This document shows positions 10,511 to 19,499 of a stretch of 19,937 nucleotides of DNA, piece after piece; within the stretch, counting starts at the first letter, position 1, and every line of letters begins with the position of its first letter. Made by a program: the position numbers and the translations under genes. The notes beneath the pieces were generated by a model that worked only from the letters and a program-made list of their open reading frames with translations, did no database searches and was not told the origin of the DNA. This DNA is from Neovahlkampfia damariscottae (Eukaryota), in the NCBI GenBank assembly GCA_016618085.1, contig JABLTG010000118.1, forward strand, positions 44,696-64,632. The letters run 5' to 3'.

Positions 10511-13500
10511 TTATAAAAATTCTAATGTTCCAATCATATTTTCTGGATCGTTTGGATGCTTTTTCAACACGTGCATGATCATCGAATTCTTTGATAAATT
10601 TTTTTTTGAACAATAAAAACAAGCACAAGGACCAAATTCTTCATCTTCACAATCATGATTTTTATCCATTTCTTCTCCACAATTTTTGCAATACTCTTTT
10701 GTTTCTTTGCAACTTTTGACATGATCATGAAGTTTATATTTTTCAATTTTTTTATCACATAATTTGCATGGCACAAGTTCCTTTAGTGGACATGAATGAG
10801 TGAAATTTGAATAATAGATTGAATTGCATGTATTGCATTTCATATGTTCATTTTCATCATGATTTTTTTGATCAATTACTTTTATTACTCCATCACAAAT
10901 TTTACAAATATAATTGTTTCTTCTACAATGAAGGGAGTGCAATGTTAATCCATTTTCTGGAATCAATTTTCTACAAAATTCACATTTGATACCATCTTCT
11001 TTTTCTTCATTCATTTTTTCAATTTTTTCTTCAATGACCACTGAGGAATCAATTTTTTTATCTGTTCTTTTAATGTTGAAAAATAATGAATCTTCTTTAA
11101 TCATTTCATCTTTTTCTTTAATTTCATCATCCATATCAAAAGCAGTTTCAAAAGATATTTTTAAATCTAAATATTGATCTTGTTCTCTATAAGTATAAAC
11201 AGATGAACTTGGTTCTAATTTTACAATTTCAACCATAAAATGTTGATTATCACCAACAATAGGGATTGATTGTCCTTCATTTAAAGTTGAGAATGGTGTT
11301 AAACTGTTTTCTAATGATAAAATTGGATTTTGTAATTTCCAAAAATCTTTTGAATGTGGTCTAAAAACTACATTTGAACCAGTTTCAAGAAATACTGATC
11401 TAATATCAATCAAAGAACCTTCTTCAATCATTAAATCTTTCATTAACCAAGTTGGAAATATTGCAGTACGTTTTGGAGCATTATATTGAAATACACCACA
11501 ATAAGATGTAATTTTATCTGTTTTAATTTCAATAGTTGATATAGTTTGTTTTTTTCCAAATTTTTTTAATTTTGATTGAACATTTGAAGGTAAAACAATA
11601 TTATTTCCATTCTCAATTTTATAATTATCAAAATAATTAAAAGATGTTTTTGCAAATTGAGCTGAAAATGCAAAAAATGAATCAGTAAATGAATTTTGAG
11701 TTATCATTGGTGATTTCATTTTCTCCATTCTTTTTCTTAAATTTTTGATTGAATCATATGATTTATTATGATTTAAATCAATTCTAGCATTATTATCAAT
11801 TAAAGATTGTCTTAAATATTTTAAAATTCTACTTAAATGAAATTTATTTGACCATCCATTTAATGTTAATAATTCAGAATTAAAAAAACCTTGAATATCA
11901 ATATCTCCAGTTAAATAATGAATTCTTGGTCTTAAAATTCGAATTAAAGGTGGTACATTAGGAAAGTCAACAGTAAATTTAATTTCTAAATGAATTGATT
12001 CATCATTTGTTTTAAATTTATTTGAATGATTTTTTAAATCCTTTCCCAAACTTGAATCTAAATTCGAACCTGAATCTGAATCTAAAACTGAACCTGAATC
12101 CTTTCCCAAATTTAAATCCTTAATTATTTGATTTGAATCAAAATTTTGAAATTGAACTAACCAAATAAATGGATTTTCATCAATAGTTCTAATAATAATA
12201 TCTGAATTTGAATCAAATTTATTTGTTCTTGATAACATTTTTAATTCATTCAAATTTTGTAATTGTTTTGAAATGAATATAGATGATTTAAAACAATATT
12301 TTAATTCATTTGAAATATCATAATCTAACCATGTCTTTTTATAAAAATTAATAATAATATTTTCTATTTTTTCATCTTTTTCAATTTCATTTTTCTTTTC
12401 ACTTTTGAAATATAATTTTTCAAAACTTTCTTTTCCTTTTGATAATAAACATTGAATTGAAATATAGATATTTTTATTTAATTTTAAAAAATGATTCATT
12501 TCATTAATCCATTTCTTTATTTTATTTTCTTTTGATTCAATTGAATATTTAAAATCAACTTCACTTTTTTTTTTTTTAATTTTAATAATAAATTCAAATT
12601 TATTATTATTAATATTTCCAATATTTAAAATTATTTGTTCATTTGTAACTTTAATTAATTCATAATTTATTTGATTGGTTGAACAAAGATAATCTTCAAT
12701 AGATATTTCATTTAAATCTTCTTTTAATCTTAAATTTAAACTTCCACTTTGAATGGTTAATTCATTAAATTCATTATTTAAATATGAATTAATTTCATTT
12801 TCAATTTTGAATTTAATATCCAATGAAATATCATTTGGATTTTCATCTCTTAACATCAAACCTTTTATTGCAATTAACAATGCATCTTTATCATCTGATA
12901 TTTTTAAAGTATAATTTATAAGATTTTCATAAATTTTTTTTCTTTTTTTTATTGGAATTGAACCAATATAATTTTGAAATTTGATTGGAATAATAATAGT
13001 TTTACTATTTTGATTTTTTGTATTCAAATATTTTACATGTTTTGTTATCCATTCCCAAATATTTTCTTCTTTTGTTTTGTTTGGGATTGAATATTGTGGT
13101 TTAATCATGTATGGATCAAAATAATTATCATATCTATAATCATCATCATCAAAATCATCATATTCATCAATATAATCTTTATAATTATTTTGAAATGATG
13201 AGAAAGGTATTTTTGAAGGAAATGGTATTTTTGATGTTGGATAATTACCACCTCTTGCAATTCTACGTTGATTTTTTGTTAATGTATTAGTTTGTAACAT
13301 ATCTGAAAAAGTAAATGTATACATCTAAAATAAATGAATTTAAATGTAAAAATGAAATAGTACTTGTCCAAATATTTGTGTTGATGTTGAACCATTTGAA
13401 TCTTTTTGATAATTAGATTCTAAAATTGAAGTAACAGATGAATCAAATGATTTGAATATTCCACCATCTTGTTCCCATTCCCATAATACTTTGTTATCAA

Positions 13501-14165
13501 AAAGTATTTCATCTTCAATTTCATCTTCAAATTCTATTTTTTTATTAAAATTATCCTTCTTTAATTTATCTTCAACATTAAATTCTTTTTCAAAAGATAA
13601 TTTATCTTCTTGTTGTTTAAATGGTGTTGGTGTACCAGTAGTATTTCTGACAATTTTTCTTTTTTTTCCAGTCTAAATCAATTTAATTTAAATTCAAGAA
13701 ATACTGAAGAATTAATTTGTGACATATTTTTAAAATCAAATTTATAAGAGTTTCCATGAAGCTTTAGATTTGTTGAACCATTTGAATCTTTTTGATAAGA
13801 ATTTTCTAAAGAAATAGAAGAAAATGGATCAAATTCATTACAGAAACCATAATCATCACACCATTCCCATAAAATGTTTGATTTTTTTTGAATAATTATT
13901 CTTTGTATTTGTCTTTTTGTTTTACTCTTTTTGTTTAATTTTTTGAATAATTTTTTACCATTGTACTGTTTTGAGTCATGTCAGAGAATGAAATCTTTAA
14001 ATATTATTAAATTATTTTTTTTACGACAAATTTGTTTGAATTAATGTTCAAAGGACAAGTACCTTTCTTGTTCATTTGATACTGTGTTTCTAAGTACTTT
14101 GAAGTTGTAGTATCATAGGAAATCCATTTATTGTTTGAATTCCATTGCCATTGAACGACACTCAT
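10511..14165 (-). CDS. ~1173-aa multidomain protein: 3x WWE, possible RWD-like region, catalytically dead UBE2Q-type UBC fold, UFD1 N-domain, tandem C/H zinc fingers
   Basis: ATG 14165; phase-0 introns 13995-14024, 13927-13958, 13673-13704 and 13325-13363 join three WWE-like units (WQW..YD..LE..Y..F.DM.Q..R.I.R) to ORF 13324-10511. UBE2Q-like FPNVPPLIRILRP...ELLTLNGWS...ARID; UFD1-like GNNIVLPS, YCGVFQYNA, FPTWLMKDL, NPILSLENSL; fingers such as CEFC..LHSLHC.RN and CFYC..HVLKKH. Confidence 0.85.
12037..12110 (-). repeat. Short in-frame tandem duplications inside the UBC fold (LGKDSGSVLDSDSGSNLDSSLGKD)
   Basis: aatcctttcccaaa at 12037-12050 and 12097-12110; 24-nt unit tgaatctaaa(tt/ac)(c/t)gaacctgaatc at 12053 and 12077. 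Confidence 0.85.
13385..13798 (-). repeat. Identical 28-nt direct repeat shared by WWE units 2 and 3
   Basis: tgttgaaccatttgaatctttttgataa at 13385-13412 and 13771-13798, encoding YQKDSNGST on the minus strand. Confidence 0.92.
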
Positions 14166-14220
14166 TTTCAGGATGTAAAAATAGATGAAAAATTATCCAA
14201 TCAAAATTTTATTCATTTTT
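14166..14220 (-). promoter_or_regulatory. 55-nt spacer between tandem genes containing a CCAAT box
   Basis: atCCAATca at 14197-14201, between the CNNM stop (14221) and the WWE-gene ATG (14165). Confidence 0.6.
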
Positions 14221-15652
14221 TTAATTGTCCTCTAACAAATTAATTCTAATTTCATTTTCTTCATTAATTTCATCATCATTTTGTGGTGTTGGTGTTCTCA
14301 TTCTTAAAAATGATGATGTTTTCTTTAATTGTGAATCAACTACACGTATTTTTTTTTGAATGTCAACATAAACATCAGTTTCATCAATAATTTCTTCTTT
14401 CAATAGTTCTTCAACAATATCTTCCAATGTTATTATTCCAATAACTTTCCCAAAATCATTCTTAATAAAAGCTAAATGATTCTTTCCCTTTATGAATCCA
14501 TTAAATACTGTCCATAATTCATCAGATGTTTGAACATAAGTTGCATCAAACATTTTCATTTGAGTAATTGGTATTTTTGCTTTTGGTGATACACCAATTA
14601 AAAATTTAGCCAAAATGTAACCTTGAATATTCTTTTTTTCATCTTGATAAATTGGAATACGTGAATGTCCAACTTGATAATATTTAAATTTTTTGAAATT
14701 TTAAATACCATTTTTTAATTCATCTAATAAAGTTTGATCAAATATTGATGAATTTTCAATCATATAAACTGATTCAATTGGAGTCATTACCATGGTTACT
14801 GTTTTTTCTTGTAATTCAAGTGCACCCCTAATTAAATGAAGTTCTTTTGAACTTAATGGTCCATTTTCTGGTTCAACTGAATTTTCTTTTCTTGCATGAA
14901 TACTTTAAAGACTATTTAATAAATTCAATTCCAAACCTAACTAATTCTTTTAATTGACCTCTTCTATAAAATGTTTTATGATCTTTTCCAAGCATTTTAT
15001 CTAATAATATTGAGACAGGAAAGGCTATTGGAAATGAAATTATCATTAAAAATAATACAAAATAATTTAAATATGCACCAACTAAAAATAATAAGAAAAT
15101 TCAAATATTCAAAATTACTATGTAATCCATATCGAGCGCATATAGCTTGAGGTACTATCTCACCAAATAACAAAACCATAGTCACAGAAATTATGATTGC
15201 AGCCCATTCTATAAAATTAATACAAATTGTAGTGGTATTATTACCTGGTACTATTTTATCCAAAAATAAAGGTAAAGATTCCATAGCCAGTGCGTTCATT
15301 AAAAGTAATGTAACTAATAGATAGTGATGACTAAAATTTATAAAAAAATTTCTTTTTACTTTTTTACAACAAGTTCAATTCTTTTCGCTAATTTTTTTTC
15401 ATGTTCAGTTCCAGCAGTTTTAAGAACGGATAATTGCATTGGATCCAAAGATAATAAACCAAGTGTTAACCCAGACATCAGTCCAGCTGAATATAATTAA
15501 TACAACTTATTAAACAAACCAAATAAGATTAAGAAAATTGAAATGCATGCATATATTATGATTTGCCACCATGGTAGTAAAACAAATTCACTCTCAGTAG
15601 CACAGTGAGTGGCATTATGTAATATCACTTCAGCTAAACCATGAAGATTCAT
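14221..15652 (-). CDS. CNNM/DUF21 + CBS-pair divalent metal transporter family protein (Mam3/CNNM-like), ~408 aa
   Basis: ATG 15652; introns 15487-15519, 15331-15359, 15209-15244, 15082-15118, 14903-14936 and 14673-14708. Motifs FAGLMSGLTLGLLSLD, HYLLVTLLLMNALAMESLPLFLD, FGEIVPQAICARYGL, GALELQEKTVTMVMTP, GHSRIPIY, GIITLEDIVEELLKEEIIDETD. Confidence 0.95.
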
Positions 15653-15787
15653 TTGTTCAGTTTTGAATGTCCAATGAAAAATAAAAAAAAGGGAATGTAG
15701 TATTTTTAAAAAATTTCGATTTCTTTTCAAAAAAATTAAAGTTATTGTTCAATTATTTTTTCTTCATTTCATTGGATAAACCTAAAA
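15653..15787. promoter_or_regulatory. Bidirectional promoter between the CNNM gene and frataxin, with mirror-image CCAAT boxes
   Basis: tccaatgaaa 15670-15679 and its exact reverse complement tttcattgga 15767-15776; 135 nt between ATGs. Confidence 0.68.
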
Positions 15788-16268
15788 ATGTTTCGTTCTC
15801 TTGTTCAACCTCTGGTTCACCAAAAGAAGAATTTTTCAACAATGCATATGTTGAGAAATACAAGTTTAGGGTTGAAGGAATATCAAAAATTAATAAATCA
15901 AACAATTGAGTCAATATCAGACCAAGCAGAAGAAATTATAGAGGAATCAGTAAAAAAAATATAAAAATAAAATAAATAAAGAATATGGAAGACTATGATA
16001 TAGTTTTATCAGAAGGTGTATTACAAATACAAATTTCAAAAGTTGGAACTTATGTTATTTCTAGACAAACACCTTCTAGAGAATTATGGCTTTCTTCACC
16101 AAGAGTAAAAGTATTTTTATTAACAATATACAGAGCGGACCATGGCATTATAAATATAATGAAAATGAATGGATTTGTACAAGAGAAGGAGAAAATAAAT
16201 TTTATGAAAGAATGAACGAAGAATTTTCAAAAATATTCAATAAAACAATCAAATTTGAACAAGTATAA
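15788..16268 (+). CDS. FXN: Frataxin (CyaY/Yfh1 family), ~139 aa, with a probable mitochondrial presequence
   Basis: ATG 15788; introns 15950-15981 and 16105-16133. Acidic helix 1 (DQAEEIIEE), SEGVLQI, GTYVISRQTPSRELWLSSPRSGPWHY. The N-terminus MFRSLVQ...KKNFST is basic/hydroxylated with no acidic residues. Confidence 0.95.
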
Positions 16269-16289
16269 TGATAAGTGAGTGAGTACAAT

Positions 16290-19200
16290 TTATTTATTTA
16301 TAAAAATTTCTTCAATTTCTTGTTCATCTTCGATTATTAGATTTTTTTTTACGACATTAACGAATTGAGGATAAATTTTTTCTTCTAATTGAAAAAGAAC
16401 ATCCTTTTGAATTGTTCTAAATATATTTTTGTCTGAATTCTTAATTTTTTCTTTTATATACAAAGCAACTTCCGAATCAATTTTTATAGATTGATGAGAA
16501 GATGATCCAAAATAATTTTCATATATTTCTGTTGCTTCTCTTATCAAGTCATCTTTATCTAATTTTGAAGTTCGATATTTTTCAGAGTCAATCCAAAAAT
16601 TATAAAAACCATCTGCTTTACATTTTTTACAAAATTTTTGAAATTCAACGTTCTTATTTTTCAATAAATGAATAATACTTCCAATTGAAGAATTTCCTTT
16701 AAATAATTCTAATTCTGTTTTTAATATCTGTTCATCAATATTTTTTTGATTTAAACGATCAGTAAAATATAAAACTTGTTCTCTCATTGTTCTTTCCATT
16801 TCTTCATATTGTCTAATTTTAAAATCTAATGATTTAAAATTTTCATTTAATTTCAAATATAAGTCTTGAAAATATTCATCTAAATCAGCTTTTGTTGAAT
16901 TAAAAAGATCATTTACACCACTTTTAAAGACTCTTTTTAAAAATTCATCATTTGAATTTGTTATAATCTCTTTAAATTCAACATAAAAACAAGCATCTTT
17001 AAAAACTAAAGGTGATAATTTATGATGTATAATCTCAATTGGTATTGGTTTATCTTCTGATGTAAATATGATAGAATATATTTTCTTTTCTAAAACATTA
17101 CTCTTTTCAGTTTTATTATATGTTTTTACAAATGATTCATGTAAAAATGTGAATGGTGGATTCATTAACATTTTAATTGATTTACCAATCATTTCAATCT
17201 TTTTAATTTGAAATAATTTTTCAGCTTTATCATTCATTTCAACAATAATACCTTGTTGATTTGATGCAACTGCTGGTTCAAATACATTAAATAATGGACT
17301 AACATTTCTTCTTTGAATATCTTCAATAACTATTGTTAAATCATTTATCCATTTCTCAAATGCTTCTTCTGTTTTTGTATCAAATAAAAATTCAGAGTTT
17401 CCGTTTACAATTTTAAATGAAAATGGTTTTTCTTGATTTTTTAAAGAAATTACTTCAGTTTTATCTGATAAATGTATCATTTGTAATGTATTAGTTGATT
17501 GTTTAGTTTTTCTTTTCACCAATGAGTTTAATTTAATTTCAAAATAATATTTTTTCCAAACATTTTTTGTAGAATGTAAATAATAAAGATATCCTTCATT
17601 ATACGTTACTTCTTCCATTGATCTCATTGATTTAGCGAATACTGGATTCTTTTTTAAATTTTTAGTTTTGGTCATTATAGAAGATGTTCTTTTATACGAT
17701 ATTGATGGATCAGTTAATGAATTCTTTCTGGAATCAAGAACTGACATTTGTCTAACAATTGCATTTTGATTAAATACTCTAACTGATTTTCTTTTCATTG
17801 AAGAATATCTTTTAGGTTTTTCTTTTGATTTTGATTCTTCGGATAATTTTTTTAATGCATTCTTTGAATAATCTTTAATTCTATTTTCACTAAAATTTGC
17901 TTCAATCTCAAGTTGATTTAAATTTGGTAATGAGTGTCTTCTTGGTAAAATAATATAAATATCATCTAAACTTTCAAAATGATATGATCTTCTAAAGTTA
18001 ATCACATAATCAGAATCAGTGAATGTTTCTTCAATTTCATCTTTATTATCAGTTTTTTCAGTTGGTGTATTTTCGTCTGTATTATCATCAGTTAAATCTT
18101 CATTCATTCTATTAAATCTGAATGAATTAGTTCCATTAGATACTAATGATCGATCTGATCCTTTTTTTGGTAAAGAATAATTTTCAAGATTTGGAATAGA
18201 TGGTCTACGTGAATTATTTTCAATACTTGCAGATGATGATTTTCTTCCTTCAGTTGAAATTGAAGGTCTTCTACCTCCATTCTCCATTGAATTTGTAGAT
18301 GATTTTCTACCATTCGTAATATATGATCCTCTTTTTTTAACTACTGTTTGATATTTTAAATCTGTTTCAAAATGATTTTTTGTAACATCTGGTGATTTGA
18401 CTGTTGGTAACACTTTTTCTGATGTTTGTTTTTCAAACATTTTTAATTTCTCTTCAACTTTAGTTGATGTTCTTGTATTTGACAATGATGAAGTATTAAT
18501 TATTCTCATTGAATTTGATTTATAATAACATTCTGTTTTATATAAAAAAATTGAAATAATTTCATCCAAAGAAGCGGATAAATAATTATCAACACAACTT
18601 TCATCAAAAAATAAAACTTGATATGGTATAAACTCATCTTGAATTGACTGTTCATTTGAAAATCCTGATATTAATTTCATATGAAGATATTGATTTGCCA
18701 ATCTCAAAGAGGTCTTTCGACAAATTCTGAAATTCTTTGATATCCAAGTTATAAGTTGTGATCCTATGAAAGCATCTTGATATATTTTATCTTGAAAAAC
18801 TCTTTCTGTAATTTCAATTTCTTTTTGAAAATTTTCATAAAATTCTTTGATTTTTTTTTTTGAATAAGAACAATATATCGCAATTTTGCATTCATTATAT
18901 CTTTCAATAATATTCTCTAATCTATTTTCTGTCACTTTTTTTGAAAATTTAAAATACAAATCCTTTTTGTCTTCAAAATTTATTTCTTTTTGTTCAATAT
19001 GTTTTATTACACCTATTTTTTTTTTGAAAATTAAATAAATTTGAAAAATAAACCTATTATTTTAAACAACTGTAGAAATGTTGAACAAGACTCACGACTT
19101 GAATTTGTACATTTCTTCAAAAAATTACTGGACTGAAAAATAAAAAATAAAAATGAAACCAAAAATACCTGTAACCAATTTATGGCATCCTGACAATTGA

Positions 19201-19419
19201 AGCACACATATTTTTTAAAAGCTACAAAGTTGAACTTTTTCTTTAACGGAACACCGTTGGTTTTTGAAGAAAATGATGTAATTATATTCTCCAACTATAA
19301 AATAGATTAAATAGTTATTTATGGTGAATGATTACTTCTTTATTTGTAAAATTGAATGGAAATTGTGTTATAGAGTACAAATCCATTTGTTCTTTACCAT
19401 TTTGACTATTCTCGTCCAT
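16290..19419 (-). CDS. ~1000-aa signalling protein: DEP-DEP-(Ser-rich linker)-PH-PAS-coiled coil-RGS-like
   Basis: ATG 19419; introns 19295-19335, 19133-19168 (alternative in-frame acceptor 19115) and 19013-19053. DEP1 CFNCQDAINWL..SRESC..GVIKH; DEP2 AFIGSQLITWI; PH EGYLYY..WKKYYF..FSFKI..FEKWINDL; PAS QQGIIVEMNDKAEKLF..MIGKSIKMLM; RGS FQKFC..FW..EIYENYF..ID..IF..Q..YPQF. Confidence 0.88.
18190..18311 (-). repeat. 21-aa tandem duplication GRKSS..S.EN..RRPSI
   Basis: GRKSSTNSMENGGRRPSISTE followed by GRKSSSASIENNSRRPSIPN; units start at 18311 and 18248 (63-nt period). Confidence 0.85.
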
Positions 19420-19499
19420 ACAAACTTTTGATTGGTCAATGGAAATTAACGGCTAATGAATTGATGGTTATTGTGATAAAAGTGGCCAATTAGATTTAA
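19420..19499. promoter_or_regulatory. Divergent promoter region with two CCAAT boxes
   Basis: ATTGG 19431-19435 (minus-strand ttgaCCAATc, same 10-mer as at the MADS-like gene) and ggCCAATta 19486-19490. Confidence 0.55.

Noticed and set aside
13030..13065. IWEW as the start of a fourth WWE domain
   Set aside because: The downstream YD/FD, LE..Y and M.Q..R motifs are absent.
10579..13676. ORFs 10579-10776, 10807-10989, 10986-11177 and 13452-13676
   Set aside because: They overlap the WWE-UBC-UFD1 gene in other frames or strand, with no independent support.
15653..15730. N-terminal extension of the CNNM ORF from TTG 15730
   Set aside because: Non-ATG start running through the AT-rich promoter and its CCAAT box; ATG 15652 gives a normal DUF21 N-terminus.
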